Of a stretch of 32,000 bases of DNA, positions 9,304 through 20,036 are shown piece by piece. The notes under the pieces are model-generated. The model was not told the origin of the DNA, made no database searches, and saw nothing but the letters and a program-made list of their open reading frames with translations. Made by a program: the position numbers and the translations under genes. The stretch is from Chromohalobacter moromii (GTDB lineage: Bacteria; Pseudomonadota; Gammaproteobacteria; Pseudomonadales; Halomonadaceae): assembly GCF_023091865.1 (NCBI RefSeq), contig NZ_JAHXDI010000005.1, positions 23,722 through 55,721 of the forward strand, read 5' to 3'. How positions within the stretch are numbered: position 1 is the stretch's first letter; every line of letters begins with the position of its first letter.

Positions 9304-12174
9304 TCAGGTTTCGGCAGTACTCGCTTCGCGCGTTGCCTTGGCAGTTGTGCGCTTGGCTAGGATCGGCTCGAGGAAGCGCCCGGTGTGCGAAACGTCCATC
9401 TTGGCGACTTGCTCTGGTGTACCCTCGGCGATGATGCGTCCCCCGCCGGAACCGCCCTCCGGGCCAAGGTCGATAACCCAGTCGGCGGTCTTGATTACGT
9501 CGAGATTGTGCTCGATGACCACGATGGTGTTGCCATGATCGCGCAAGCGATGCAGGACACCCAGTAATTGCCGGATATCTTCGAAGTGCAGACCGGTAGT
9601 GGGTTCGTCGAGAATATAGAGCGTCTTGCCAGTATCGCGTTTGGCTAGCTCGCGGGCGAGCTTGACGCGCTGCGCCTCCCCGCCGGAAAGAGTGGTTGCG
9701 CTTTGCCCCAAGCGCACGTACGACAGGCCGACGTCCATCAGTGTCTGCAAGCGCCGGGCAAGCGCCGGGACCGGTGAGAAGAACTCCAATGCCTCCTCGA
9801 TGGTCATTTCTAGCACCTCATGGATATTCTTGCCCTTATACTGAATCTCCAGAGTTTCGCGGTTATAGCGCTTGCCCTTGCAGACGTCGCAGGGCACGTA
9901 GATGTCGGGCAAAAAGTGCATCTCGACCTTGATCAGCCCCTCGCCCTGGCAGGCTTCGCAGCGTCCGCCCTTGACGTTGAAACTGAATCGCCCAGGTTTG
10001 TAGCCGCGCGAACGTGCCTCTTGGGTGCCCGCGAAGAGCTCTCGGATCGGTGTGAAAATGCCGGTATAGGTGGCCGGGTTGGAGCGCGGGGTCCGTCCGA
10101 TCGGGCTCTGATCGATGTCGATGACCTTGTCGAGCAACTCTAGCCCTTGGATGCGCTTGTAAGGTGCGGGCGTGAGGCTCGTGGCGCGATTGAGCTCGCG
10201 CGTGGCGACGGGCATTAGCGTCGAATTGATCAGCGTCGACTTGCCCGAGCCGGACACCCCCGTCACGCACACGAAAAGGCCCAGGGGCAAGTCGAGCGTA
10301 ACGTTCTGCAGATTATTGCCGTTGGCACCGGTGAGGTGCAGCATTTTCTCTGGATTGCCGGGGATGCGATATGGTGGGATCTCGATGCGGCGTTTATCCG
10401 ATAGGTATTGGCCGGTCAGCGAGGCTTCGCATTCGGTGACTTGCTCGGGGGTCCCCTGCGCGACGATACGGCCGCCATGCACCCCGGCGCCGGGGCCGAT
10501 ATCGAGGACATGATCCGCCGCGCGTATCGCCTCCTCGTCGTGTTCGACGACGATGACCGTATTGCCGAGATCGCGCAGGCGTTCGAGCGTCTGAAGTAGC
10601 CGGTCGTTGTCGCGTTGATGCAGGCCGATCGAGGGTTCATCGAGGATGTACATGACGCCGACCAGGCCTGCGCCGATCTGGCTGGCCAGGCGAATGCGCT
10701 GAGCCTCTCCGCCGGAGAGTGTGTCGGCGCTGCGCTCTAGGGTTAGGTAGTCGAGCCCTACATTGACTAGGAACTCCAGGCGTGAGTGGATCTCATGGAC
10801 GATCTTGACGGCGATTTCACCCTTGCGTCCAGGCAATTCCAGCGCCGCGAAGTAATGCCAGGCCTCGCCGATGGGCAGTCGTGAAATCTCGGGGAGTGGA
10901 CGCCCGTCGATATACACATGGCGGGCTTCCTTGCGCAGCCGTGTTCCTTGGCAGGACGGGCAGGGCTGTACCGCCAGGTGTTTGGCGAGGTCTTCTCGCA
11001 CCATGCTCGACTCGGTTTCGCGGTAGCGCCGTTCCATGTTGGGTAGGACGCCCTCGAAGGCATGTTCGCGTGTGACCTTGCGCCCCCGGTCGTTGACGTA
11101 GCTGAAGGCGATCTGGTCCTGCCCACTGCCGTGCAAAATGACATCACGCTCATGCCGGGCAAGATCCTGCCAGGGCGTTTCTAGCGCGAAGCGATAATGC
11201 TGGGCGACCGCCTGCAACTGGTTGAAGTAATACACGCTACGCCGATCCCAGCCCTTGATGGCGCCTTCGGCTAGCGACAGCTCGGGATGGCTGATCAGCT
11301 TGTGCGGATCGAAATACTGGCGTACCCCGAGGCCGTCACAGGTTGGGCAAGCCCCGGCGGGATTGTTGAACGAGAACAGCCGCGGTTCGAGCTCGGCGAT
11401 CGAGTAGCCGCACACCGGGCACGCGAAGCGTGCCGAAAAGACGATATCGTCGCGCACGCCATCCATATCGTGAAGGATGGCGATGCCGTCGGACAGGCCG
11501 AGTGCGGTTTCGAACGACTCGGCCAGACGCAGGGCTAGCCCATCGCGTACCTTGATACGATCAACCACCACGCTGATGTCGTGCTTCTTGTTCTTGTCGA
11601 GCGGGCCAAGCTCGTCGAGTTCCACGGCCTGACCGTCGACCATGGCACGGACGTAGCCCTGGGAGCGCAGCTCGGCCAGTAGTTGCTGGTGCTCGCCCTT
11701 GCGACCACTAATGACCGGTGCCAGTAGCATCAACTTGCTGCCTTCGGGCAGCGCCAAGGCTTGGTCGACCATTTGCGAGACGGTTTGTGCTTCGAGATCG
11801 ATGTCGTGATCGGGGCAGCGTGGCGTTCCCGCGCGGGCATAGAGCAGGCGCAGGTAATCGTGAATCTCGGTGATCGTGCCGACCGTCGAGCGCGGGTTGT
11901 GGGACGTCGATTTCTGCTCGATGGAAATCGCTGGCGAGAGCCCTTCGATGTGGTCAACATCGGGCTTTTCCATCATCGACAGGAATTGGCGGGCATAGGT
12001 GGAGAGGGATTCCACATAGCGGCGCTGTCCCTCGGCGTAGAGGGTGTCAAAGGCCAACGATGACTTGCCGGAACCGGACAAACCGGTAACGACGATCAGC
12101 TTGTTGCGCGGTAGTTCGACGTCGATGTTCTGCAAATTGTGGGTGCGTGCACCCCTGACCAGAATTCTGTCCAT
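9304..12174 (-). CDS. uvrA: Excinuclease ABC subunit A
   Basis: From ATG at 12174: [58 protein letters not shown]... is near-identical to the E. coli UvrA N-terminus. It has two ABC ATPase modules and zinc-finger CxxC motifs. The 57 codons upstream in the track ORF (to 12345) have no UvrA counterpart. Confidence 0.97.
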   Translation of the reverse strand: MDRILVRGARTHNLQNIDVELPRNKLIVVTGLSGSGKSSLAFDTLYAEGQRRYVESLSTYARQFLSMMEKPDVDHIEGLSPAISIEQKSTSHNPRSTVGTITEIHDYLRLLYARAGTPRCPDHDIDLEAQTVSQMVDQALALPEGSKLMLLAPVISGRKGEHQQLLAELRSQGYVRAMVDGQAVELDELGPLDKNKKHDISVVVDRIKVRDGLALRLAESFETALGLSDGIAILHDMDGVRDDIVFSARFACPVCGYSIAELEPRLFSFNNPAGACPTCDGLGVRQYFDPHKLISHPELSLAEGAIKGWDRRSVYYFNQLQAVAQHYRFALETPWQDLARHERDVILHGSGQDQIAFSYVNDRGRKVTREHAFEGVLPNMERRYRETESSMVREDLAKHLAVQPCPSCQGTRLRKEARHVYIDGRPLPEISRLPIGEAWHYFAALELPGRKGEIAVKIVHEIHSRLEFLVNVGLDYLTLERSADTLSGGEAQRIRLASQIGAGLVGVMYILDEPSIGLHQRDNDRLLQTLERLRDLGNTVIVVEHDEEAIRAADHVLDIGPGAGVHGGRIVAQGTPEQVTECEASLTGQYLSDKRRIEIPPYRIPGNPEKMLHLTGANGNNLQNVTLDLPLGLFVCVTGVSGSGKSTLINSTLMPVATRELNRATSLTPAPYKRIQGLELLDKVIDIDQSPIGRTPRSNPATYTGIFTPIRELFAGTQEARSRGYKPGRFSFNVKGGRCEACQGEGLIKVEMHFLPDIYVPCDVCKGKRYNRETLEIQYKGKNIHEVLEMTIEEALEFFSPVPALARRLQTLMDVGLSYVRLGQSATTLSGGEAQRVKLARELAKRDTGKTLYILDEPTTGLHFEDIRQLLGVLHRLRDHGNTIVVIEHNLDVIKTADWVIDLGPEGGSGGGRIIAEGTPEQVAKMDVSHTGRFLEPILAKRTTAKATREASTAET

Positions 12175-12418
12175 GCCCACCTCGTGCCGGTTGCGCCGTG
12201 GCGGTGGCGCGGTCAAAGGATCGATTATAGAGGGTGCAGTGGAGTCCGAGCAAAGCGCGTCCTTTCCTTGGCAGGCAGGCAGTCGGTAAAATGCGCTTGG
12301 TCGGCGTCTGCGCGCGTGCGAGACGCCGAGGTGTTGGTTCGTCACGGCCCCTGCGGCAAGGCCTCGCGGGCCGGTTTCGGTATCGAACGTTTCTTCTCTT
12401 CAACGACGCGACTCAATC

Positions 12419-13801
12419 ATGTCTTCATCATTACTTCACACCGAGCGGCGTGCCATTTTCGGCCTCGCCAGCTTATATGCGACGCGCATGCTCGGGCTTT
12501 TCATGGTACTGCCGGTCCTGGCGCTGTATGCCGGGGACCTGGATGGTGCGACTCCCTTGCTGGTGGGAATGGCGCTGGGTGGTTACGGCCTGACACAGGC
12601 GATTCTACAAATTCCCTTCGGGCTGCTGTCGGATCGGTTCGGCCGCAAGCTCATCATCAGCATTGGACTCTTGTTGTTTCTGCTAGGTAGCGTTGTCGCC
12701 GCCCAGGCGACTTCGATCGGCTGGGTGATTGTCGGGCGCTGCCTACAAGGCAGCGGCGCAGTCGCCGGGGCGATCATGGCGCTGCTGGCCGATCAGACCC
12801 GCGAAGAAGTGCGTACGGCGGCGATGGCGACCATCGGGCTGTCGATAGGCATCGCGTTTGGCGTGGCGATGGTCGTGGGCCCCTTGGTCGCCGATCCTTT
12901 CGGCTTGGCCGGCGTGTTCTGGTTCACGGCCGCACTCGCGGCGGTGGGGATGCTGGTGCTGTGGCGCCTGGTGCCGCGTGCACCGCGTTTGGTGTCGCAT
13001 CGCGATGTCGGGCTCGACCGCACCCAACTCCGCGCGATGCTGGCGCGGCGTGATCTGCTGCGCCTGGATTTCTCGATCTTCGCCCTGCACGCCATCCTGA
13101 CGGCCTGCTTCGTGGCCGTGCCGTTTCGTCTGGAAGCGTTGGGCATTGCGCCGGCGCACCATGGCTGGGTGTATCTGCCGATCATGGCGCTGGCCTTCGT
13201 GGCCATGGTGCCGTTGGTGATCGTGGCTGAAAAGTACCGCAAGATGAAACCGATCTTCATCGGTGCCGTGGCATGGCTGACGCTATGTCTGGCGGGGCTG
13301 GTGGAGTTTTCCGATGGGCGTTGGGCGTTGTTCTCGCTGCTCTGGGGATTCTTCGTGGCTTTCAACTTGTTGGAAGCCACGCTGCCGTCGATGATCAGCA
13401 AGCTGGCCCCGGCGGGCGCCAAGGGCACGGCGATGGGCGTGTACTCCACCAGCCAGTTTCTGGGTGCCTTCCTGGGCGGAACGGCGGGCGGCTTCCTCTC
13501 CCAGCACTTCGGTCTGGACGCGGTCTTTCTGGGCGCGACGTTGTTGGGTGCGGTATGGTTGGCGATTGTCTGGAAGATGCCGGCACCCCGCCACCTCTCG
13601 AGCGAGATCGTCGCCCTGGACGAGCGCTCGATGGGCACGATGGATACACTGATGGAGCGATTCGCCGCCGTGGCTGGCGTCGAAGATGTCATGGTGGTGC
13701 CCGACGAGCGTGTCGCCTACCTCAAGGTTGACCGTCAGCGGCTGGATGCCGAGGCGCTAGAACGCGTCCTCGGGTCCGAGCGAGATCACAAGAGCGCCTG
13801 A
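12419..13801 (+). CDS. MFS transporter with ~73-aa soluble C-terminal tail
   Basis: 460 aa with about 12 hydrophobic helices and MFS-like loops (GLLSDRFGRKLII). It occupies the same position between uvrA and ssb as an MFS gene in Pseudomonas aeruginosa (recalled synteny). Confidence 0.85.
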   Translation: MSSSLLHTERRAIFGLASLYATRMLGLFMVLPVLALYAGDLDGATPLLVGMALGGYGLTQAILQIPFGLLSDRFGRKLIISIGLLLFLLGSVVAAQATSIGWVIVGRCLQGSGAVAGAIMALLADQTREEVRTAAMATIGLSIGIAFGVAMVVGPLVADPFGLAGVFWFTAALAAVGMLVLWRLVPRAPRLVSHRDVGLDRTQLRAMLARRDLLRLDFSIFALHAILTACFVAVPFRLEALGIAPAHHGWVYLPIMALAFVAMVPLVIVAEKYRKMKPIFIGAVAWLTLCLAGLVEFSDGRWALFSLLWGFFVAFNLLEATLPSMISKLAPAGAKGTAMGVYSTSQFLGAFLGGTAGGFLSQHFGLDAVFLGATLLGAVWLAIVWKMPAPRHLSSEIVALDERSMGTMDTLMERFAAVAGVEDVMVVPDERVAYLKVDRQRLDAEALERVLGSERDHKSA

Positions 13802-13834
13802 TAACGGGCGCGGAACTATTTCAAGGAGACTCAC

Positions 13835-14374
13835 ATGGCGCGCGGCGTGAACAAGGTCATCCTGATCGGCAATCTCGGTCAGGACCCGGAAGTCCGCTTT
13901 CTACCTTCCGGTAATCCGGTGTGCAATCTACGCATCGCGACCACCGATACCTGGACCGACCGTCAGAGCGGTCAGCGCCAGGAGCGTACCGAATGGCATA
14001 CGGTGGTGATGTTCAATAAGCTGGCGGAAATCGCCCAGCAGTACGTGAAGAAAGGCTCGCGTATCTATATCGAGGGTCGCCTACAGACGCGTAAGTGGCA
14101 GGGTCAGGACGGGCAGGATCGGTATTCCACCGAGATTGTCGCCAACGACATGCAGATGCTCGATTCGCGCAGTGGCCAGGGTGGCGGCGACTATGCGCAA
14201 CCCTCGCAAAATGCGCCTCAGCAGGGCGGTGGCTACGGCCAGCCACAAGGCGGTCCGCCCCCGCAGCAGCAGGCACCTCAGCAACAACCGCCCCAGCAGG
14301 GTGGCCAGCAAGGTAATTACGGTGCTCCCAATCCCGGCAACTTCGATGATTTCGACGACGAGATTCCGTTCTAG
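13835..14374 (+). CDS. ssb: Single-stranded DNA-binding protein
   Basis: [27 protein letters not shown]...[16 protein letters not shown]...[11 protein letters not shown] (OB fold), a G/Q/P-rich linker, and an acidic tip DDFDDEIPF. Confidence 0.97.
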   Translation: MARGVNKVILIGNLGQDPEVRFLPSGNPVCNLRIATTDTWTDRQSGQRQERTEWHTVVMFNKLAEIAQQYVKKGSRIYIEGRLQTRKWQGQDGQDRYSTEIVANDMQMLDSRSGQGGGDYAQPSQNAPQQGGGYGQPQGGPPPQQQAPQQQPPQQGGQQGNYGAPNPGNFDDFDDEIPF

Positions 14375-14409
14375 CGTTGCCGACGTGCTAAGTCGATAGA
14401 CGTTTGTAG

Positions 14410-14434
14410 AGCCCCGTTAAACGGGGCTTTTTTA
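14410..14434 (+). terminator. Rho-independent terminator after ssb
   Basis: AGCCCCGT-TAA-ACGGGGCT stem-loop followed by TTTTT. Confidence 0.8.
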
Positions 14435-14638
14435 TGTTGCCCGTGAAGGAAAGGCGCTCGAATCGTCATGGACACGCAAAAACACACAATATTACACTTG
14501 TTTGCATGCGGAGGTATTACCTACTAGCCTCAGTGGCGCAAAAGCACCCGCTCAACGGATTTGAGCCCTCATCTCGTTAATGGAACTAACGGTGGTGTCA
14601 TCCCAATAATGCAACCTCTCCGCTTCGGCGGCCGGTGG

Positions 14639-16813
14639 ATGGGTGGCCATCCAGGCCACTGCTCACGTGCGCGTACCGGCTGTCATCGTTTTCTACGCCC
14701 TTTTATTGGGTTTGCGGCGCTGGGTCTGCTGTTGGCGCCGACAGGTGCCGCTCAGGCGGACGCGCGCTTTCCCGATGGTCGACTGCCGGCCACTGATGCG
14801 CCGGCATCGGCCTATGGTGACGACGTGCGTGCAGGGCCTGATGGACATCCCAACGCCGATGATCTGGCAGGGATAGCCGAGCGCCAACGACAGCAAGGCC
14901 ACCCCGGTATTGCACTGCAGCTCGCTGAGCGTGTCTTGACGTATGCGTCATCCAACCCTCAGGCGCTCGAGACGAAAACTTCCAGTCTCTCCAACTTGGG
15001 AGCCTATCGGCGTGCCGATCAATTGAGGCGACGTCATCAGCCCGAGTGGCCAGAGGATGTGGGCGACCGCTTCCGAGCGGATAAGGCGACGGCCGCTATC
15101 CAAAATGGAATGCTCGAGCAATCGCGTCACCAGCGTCGGCACAGATACGCTCAGGACGACGTCGCGCTATCGGCTGCGCTGGAGCAGCTCAATGCCAATC
15201 TCGATGACTTTGCTGCCGGTAGCGAGGCGCGTCGGCGCACTCGGTTCGATCGACTCGTGGTGCTACGCCAGTTGCGGCATTTCGATGATGTCATCGACGA
15301 ATACGAAGCGTTACGTCGGGCATCGGTGACGTTACCGACCTATGCCCAGGCCCCGGTGGCTGATGCGTATCTGGCACGCCAACGACCCGAAGAGGCGGCG
15401 GCACTGTATCGCCAAGTGCTCGACGCCGATTCGTCGGCACCGCTCGCGGTCAAGACGGGGTATTACTACGCGTTGATCGAGAGCGAAGACTACGAGGGAG
15501 CCAAGCAACAACTGGCGCGCCTGAATGATCGCACCCCGACGTGGCGCTACCGCGAGAATCAGACGGCGTCGCCGGTTCCCAACTGGGAACGCAGTGAAAT
15601 AGATCGCCTCCGAGTCCGCGATGCGGCGTACAGGCATCATGAAGAGGTGGCGCTTGATAGGGCCGCTACGCTTTATCGGGCGGCACCGCGCAACACCGAT
15701 GTCATCAATACCTTGGCTACCGCTCAGCGTGCTCGCGGCTGGTATCGACAAGCGCAAGCGACGACCGAGCTAGCCGAGGCGTACGCGCCTGACGATAAGG
15801 CCACGCGTTTGAATATTGCCGAGAATGCCCAGGCCCTCGAAGCGTTCCCGCGTTGGCAGGCGACCAGCGAGGCTCTAGCGGAGCAGTTTCCGAGCGACTC
15901 GGCGGTGCGACGTAATCGGCTCGAATGGCTGGATCGCCAGCATTTTTCCCTCGAGGGGCAGGGGAGTTTTGGCCGCTCTCACGGTGGCAGTGCCGTCAAT
16001 GGTAGCCAGGATGGCGATTATCAACTGCGCTTGAACTCGCCCTGGAGCGCGGGAGGCTATCGCATTTATGCCGAGCAGTCCTATCAATGGGGCGATTATG
16101 ACGAGGGCGCGGAGCGCCATAGCCGCCAGAGCTTGGGTGTCGAACGTCAGTGGCTGCGCCGACACTGGTGGGCGGCATTGAGCGGTGAGCCTCTCAATGA
16201 AGATTTCGGCCTCGATCTTGGCTGGTCGCAATGGCTTGGCGATCATTGGCAGTACCAGTTACGCACACAGACGCAGTCACCCGAGACACCGCTGCGTGCC
16301 GAGCGCGCCGACCTGGACGGACGTCTTTACCAGACGCAAGTGACCTGGCGCCAGAATGAATCCCGCGACGCCACGCTCACGCTGGGCGCACTGGATATCA
16401 GCGACGGCAATTTACGCAGCGATGTAGCGGCCGAGCTGATCCAGCGCGTTCAGGCCAGTGCCCATCATCAGACCCGGCTGATTGGTTCGCTGTCGGCCGA
16501 ACACAACCGCGATGTCGATGCCGATTATTACAACCCCGAGGATCAGCGCACGGCAGGCATTACGCTCGAACACGACTGGTTGACTTGGCGTCGCTACGAC
16601 CGCTCGCTGACTCAGAACCTGTCGTTGGGTGCGGCATCTGAGTGGGAAAGCGGCTACGGCGGTGCGCCGGGTTATGAGGTGTCCTATGGGCATACTTGGC
16701 AACTGACGCGGACGTGGTCGATCAATTACGGCATCGGCTGGGAAAGCCATGCATACGAAGGCGAGCGCGAGAAGCGCTGGTATGGACAGTTCGGTTTCGA
16801 GGGGGTGCTGTAA
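14639..16813 (+). CDS. pgaA: Poly-beta-1,6-N-acetyl-D-glucosamine export porin PgaA (TPR + beta-barrel)
   Basis: First gene of a pgaABCD-ordered operon. It has a signal peptide (...FIGFAALGLLLAPTGAAQA/DA), TPR-like repeats (YYYALIESEDYEGAKQQLARLN) and an aromatic-rich C-terminal barrel region ending FGFEGVL. The start is uncertain: ATG 14639 is chosen as closest to the signal peptide, with ATG 14609 and TTG 14561 as alternatives. Confidence 0.8.
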   Translation: MGGHPGHCSRARTGCHRFLRPFIGFAALGLLLAPTGAAQADARFPDGRLPATDAPASAYGDDVRAGPDGHPNADDLAGIAERQRQQGHPGIALQLAERVLTYASSNPQALETKTSSLSNLGAYRRADQLRRRHQPEWPEDVGDRFRADKATAAIQNGMLEQSRHQRRHRYAQDDVALSAALEQLNANLDDFAAGSEARRRTRFDRLVVLRQLRHFDDVIDEYEALRRASVTLPTYAQAPVADAYLARQRPEEAAALYRQVLDADSSAPLAVKTGYYYALIESEDYEGAKQQLARLNDRTPTWRYRENQTASPVPNWERSEIDRLRVRDAAYRHHEEVALDRAATLYRAAPRNTDVINTLATAQRARGWYRQAQATTELAEAYAPDDKATRLNIAENAQALEAFPRWQATSEALAEQFPSDSAVRRNRLEWLDRQHFSLEGQGSFGRSHGGSAVNGSQDGDYQLRLNSPWSAGGYRIYAEQSYQWGDYDEGAERHSRQSLGVERQWLRRHWWAALSGEPLNEDFGLDLGWSQWLGDHWQYQLRTQTQSPETPLRAERADLDGRLYQTQVTWRQNESRDATLTLGALDISDGNLRSDVAAELIQRVQASAHHQTRLIGSLSAEHNRDVDADYYNPEDQRTAGITLEHDWLTWRRYDRSLTQNLSLGAASEWESGYGGAPGYEVSYGHTWQLTRTWSINYGIGWESHAYEGEREKRWYGQFGFEGVL

Positions 16814-18933
16814 TGCCATCGCTGGTATCAATATTGCTGTTCGGCATGGGGTTGTTGATGGCCGGCCCCAGCGTGGCCGAGCCGTCGGCTGCGCCGTCCC
16901 CGAGCGATCCCGCTGTCTCGGCCAATGTGCACATACCGGATGGCCACTTCGCGACGCTCGCGTTTCATGATGTCCGTGACGCCGCCCAACCGGCGGTGGG
17001 GCGTGACCCCTATGCGATCAGCCATGAACGGCTGGCGGCATGGTTCGATTGGATGCTGGCGCATGACTGGCATCCTGTTTCGTTGGACGACATTCAAGCA
17101 GCACGCCAAGGCAAGCGGCCACTACCCTCGAATGCCGTACTGCTGAGTTTCGACGATGGCCTGGAAAGCTTCTATCGGCGCGTGTACCCGCTATTACAGG
17201 CCTACGACTATCCGGCACTCTTCGCGATCGAGACAGGATGGCTCGAGCGGGTCCGCAAGGGTGAGAGGGGCCAGGATAAGCATATCGCGACGCGCGAGAC
17301 CGCCCAGTTGGCGGCCCATCTAGGCAATGCGACGAGCGACCCGCGTGACGAGGCAGCCGCGGATGAAATCCAGTACAACGGTGCGAAGCGTGGCCAGGCA
17401 GGGTTCGTCACCTGGGGGCAGGTACGTGAAATGCAGGCCTCGGGCCTGGTCGAGATCGCCACGCATACCCACGACCTGCACCGTGGCATTCGCGCCAACC
17501 CCCAGGGCAACGTCGAACCGGCCGCGTTGGCGCGGCGCTATGATCCGGCGAGCGGTGAGTATGAAGACGATGCCGCGTATCGCCAGCGCATTCATGACGA
17601 TCTCGTACAGAGTGCCGATGTGATCGAGTCGAACACGGGCGTGCGTCCCAGGGCCGTAGTCTGGCCATATGGCGCTACCAATGCCGAAACCGAAGCGATT
17701 GCACGAGACGCGGGTTTTGAATTTACCTTCAACCTGGGGGACCGGCACCTACCGACACCGGCCTCGGGCCCTGACTTCGGACGCCTGCTGGTCATGGGCA
17801 ATCCCCCACCGGTGGACATCGAAGCACAGGTCGCGCAGACCCTCGACCCGCCGGCGCGTATTCAGCGTGCCGTGCAGGTCGATCTCGACATGCTCTACGA
17901 TGACGATCCCGAGCAGGTCCATGCCAACCTGAGCGCGCTACTCGATCGTATCAAGGCGATGCAGGTGCGCACGGTCTATCTGCAGGCGTTCGCCGACCCG
18001 GACGGCGATGGCACCGCCTCATCGCTTTACTTTCCCAATGATCATCTGCCGATGCGGGCCGACCTGTTCAACCGCGTCGCCTGGCAGCTCAAGACGCGTG
18101 CCGGGGTGGATGTTTATGCTTGGCTACCCTTGTTGGCCTTCGACTTGCCGGATGACTCACGGCAGCGTCGCTTGCAGGTTCGGGTACACGAGGCCGATGG
18201 CGAAAGCCGCGTTGCCGAGCGTGCCTATCGGCGCCTGAGCCCGTTTCGTCCCGAGGCGCAAGCGCTCGTCCATGACATCTACGCGGACTTGGCACGCAGT
18301 ACGCCAGGCATCGACGGCATACTGATTCACGATGATGCTTACCTGGCCGCTGATGAAGATGCTCAGGCGTGTGCCCCCGAGGCTCGCTGGCCGGATAGCG
18401 GACGCCAGATTACCGATTGCAAGCTGAGCGCGCGTGACAAGACCCGAGCATTGATTGACTTCGGTGAGCAGGCGCTCGATGGAGCGCGACATTACGCCAA
18501 TCTCAGCAATCGCTTTCGTGTAGCGCGCAACCTTTATGCGCGCGTTGTGCTCGACCCGAGTGCGGAAGCGCGTTTCTCCCAGGCGCTGGGACCATTCCTC
18601 GAGCATTACGATGATGTCGCCTTGATGGCGATGCCTTATCTGGATGGTACCGAGAAGCCGGCGGAAGAGTGGTTGGACACGCTTGTGGATCGGGTGCAGC
18701 GCTATCCGCGTGGCCTCGATAAAACGGTGTTCGAGCTGCAAACCTATGATTGGGAGCGCCAGGAGTGGATCGCGCCGAGGCGCCTGCGTGACTGGATGCA
18801 CCAGCTCGTGCGTCGTGGCGCACTCAATCTGGCGTATTATCCGGATGATTTCATTACCGGCAAACCAGCGTTCCAGCCGACGTTCGAAGGCATGAGCCTT
18901 AACGAGTTTCCCCACCGTCGGAGCCAGCCATGA
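16813..18933 (+). CDS. pgaB: PNAG N-deacetylase PgaB (CE4 domain + C-terminal glycoside-hydrolase-like domain)
   Basis: MPSLVSILLFGMGLLMAGPSVA signal peptide. LLSFDDG, VEIATHTH, WPYG (CE4 motifs) and VYLQAFADPDGDG, RVAWQLKTRAGVDVYAW, MAMPYLDG, YYPDDF are collinear with E. coli PgaB as recalled. The start overlaps the pgaA stop (TAATG). Confidence 0.92.
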   Translation: MPSLVSILLFGMGLLMAGPSVAEPSAAPSPSDPAVSANVHIPDGHFATLAFHDVRDAAQPAVGRDPYAISHERLAAWFDWMLAHDWHPVSLDDIQAARQGKRPLPSNAVLLSFDDGLESFYRRVYPLLQAYDYPALFAIETGWLERVRKGERGQDKHIATRETAQLAAHLGNATSDPRDEAAADEIQYNGAKRGQAGFVTWGQVREMQASGLVEIATHTHDLHRGIRANPQGNVEPAALARRYDPASGEYEDDAAYRQRIHDDLVQSADVIESNTGVRPRAVVWPYGATNAETEAIARDAGFEFTFNLGDRHLPTPASGPDFGRLLVMGNPPPVDIEAQVAQTLDPPARIQRAVQVDLDMLYDDDPEQVHANLSALLDRIKAMQVRTVYLQAFADPDGDGTASSLYFPNDHLPMRADLFNRVAWQLKTRAGVDVYAWLPLLAFDLPDDSRQRRLQVRVHEADGESRVAERAYRRLSPFRPEAQALVHDIYADLARSTPGIDGILIHDDAYLAADEDAQACAPEARWPDSGRQITDCKLSARDKTRALIDFGEQALDGARHYANLSNRFRVARNLYARVVLDPSAEARFSQALGPFLEHYDDVALMAMPYLDGTEKPAEEWLDTLVDRVQRYPRGLDKTVFELQTYDWERQEWIAPRRLRDWMHQLVRRGALNLAYYPDDFITGKPAFQPTFEGMSLNEFPHRRSQP

Positions 18934-20036
18934 TCGATGCACTCGTTTCCTGGATACTGACCATCGATTGGCGGGCAACGATGTTCGGTTTTGCTTTTTA
19001 CTACCCGATCTTCATGGCCTGGATGTGGATCATCGGCGGGTTATGGTTCTATCTGCGCCGCGAACGTGGCCACACAGAGACACCGCGCTTCGAGGGTTCG
19101 GGGGCGGAGGTGGAACCCGTCAGTATCGTGATTCCATGTCACGATGAAGCGGACCAAATCGAGCAGACCATCCGGTATGCGCTGGCGACGCACTACCCCC
19201 GCGTCGAGGTTATCGCCGTCAATGACGGTAGCCAGGACGCGACCGGTGCCATCCTCGATAGGCTGGCAGAGAGCGATGCGCGTCTGCGGGTCATTCATTT
19301 TGGCGCCAACCAGGGCAAGGCCGTGGCGCTTAAGGCCGGGACGCTGGCGGCGTGCAGCGACTACCTGGTGACTATCGATGGCGATGCCTTGATACACCCT
19401 CATGCCGTCTATTGGATGATGCGCCATCTAACCGGAGGACCACGCGTGGGCGCGGTGAGCGGCAATCCGCGTATTCTCAATCGCTCGACCCTACTGGGGA
19501 AGATACAGGTCGGCGAGTTTTCCTCGATCATTGGCCTGATCAAGCGTGCCCAGCGTACGTATGGGCGTATTTTTACCGTATCAGGAGTCATCACGGGCTT
19601 TAACCGGGCCGCGCTGGATAGCGTGGGCTATTGGCGTGCCGATATGGTGACGGAAGACATCGACATTTCGTGGCGCCTGCAAATGGATCACTGGGACATA
19701 CGTTTCGAGCCCGAGGCGCTTTGTTACATCTACATGCCGGAAACACTGAAAGGTCTATGGCAGCAACGCTTGCGTTGGGCTCAGGGCGGCGTCGAGGTGA
19801 TGCGGCGTTATGGTCGAGGCTTGTTCGCCTGGCGCCAACGACGTTTCTGGGGCGTGGCAATCGAATACTTCACCAGCTTGATCTGGGCCTATGTGATGCT
19901 GGCGATTGCCGTGTTGTTTTGTTTGGGACCGTTTGTGCCCCTGCCACAGCAGTGGCGGGTGGCCACGCTGCTGCCCCAGTGGAATGGCCTGCTGCTGGGG
20001 GCGACATGCTTGATCCAGTTTCTTGTCAGTCTCTAG
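18930..20036 (+). CDS. pgaC: PNAG synthase PgaC (GT2), ORF truncated by in-frame TAG at codon 369
   Basis: VSIVIPCHDE, VIAVNDGSQD, IDGDA, GAVSGNPRI, TEDIDISW and QRLRWAQGG are collinear with E. coli PgaC. The ATG overlaps the pgaB stop (ATGA). The ORF ends ...LIQFLVSL then TAG 20034-20036, where E. coli continues. Confidence 0.9.
   Translation: MIDALVSWILTIDWRATMFGFAFYYPIFMAWMWIIGGLWFYLRRERGHTETPRFEGSGAEVEPVSIVIPCHDEADQIEQTIRYALATHYPRVEVIAVNDGSQDATGAILDRLAESDARLRVIHFGANQGKAVALKAGTLAACSDYLVTIDGDALIHPHAVYWMMRHLTGGPRVGAVSGNPRILNRSTLLGKIQVGEFSSIIGLIKRAQRTYGRIFTVSGVITGFNRAALDSVGYWRADMVTEDIDISWRLQMDHWDIRFEPEALCYIYMPETLKGLWQQRLRWAQGGVEVMRRYGRGLFAWRQRRFWGVAIEYFTSLIWAYVMLAIAVLFCLGPFVPLPQQWRVATLLPQWNGLLLGATCLIQFLVSL

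Noticed and set aside
12175-12345. 57-codon N-terminal extension of the uvrA ORF in the track
   Set aside because: UvrA homology begins exactly at [14 protein letters not shown] (ATG 12174). The extension is Arg/Pro-rich with no counterpart in known UvrA proteins.
12175-12418. Search for a LexA/SOS box (CTGT-N8-ACAG) in the uvrA / MFS-ssb divergent region
   Set aside because: No CTGT-N8-ACAG or close variant is present. Only a GGCGTCT-N11-AGACGCC inverted repeat (12303-12327) of unclear meaning was found. This is consistent with my recollection that uvrA and ssb are not in the Pseudomonas LexA regulon, so there is no claim to make.
14435-14640. Six GGA motifs in the pgaA leader (14448, 14470, 14510, 14557, 14582, and 14637 overlapping the ATG) as possible CsrA/RsmA sites, by analogy with the E. 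coli pgaA leader
   Set aside because: At this base composition, about 3-4 GGA are expected by chance in 200 nt. I could not place the motifs in convincing hairpin loops, and the true pgaA start is uncertain. The idea is suggestive but unsupported.
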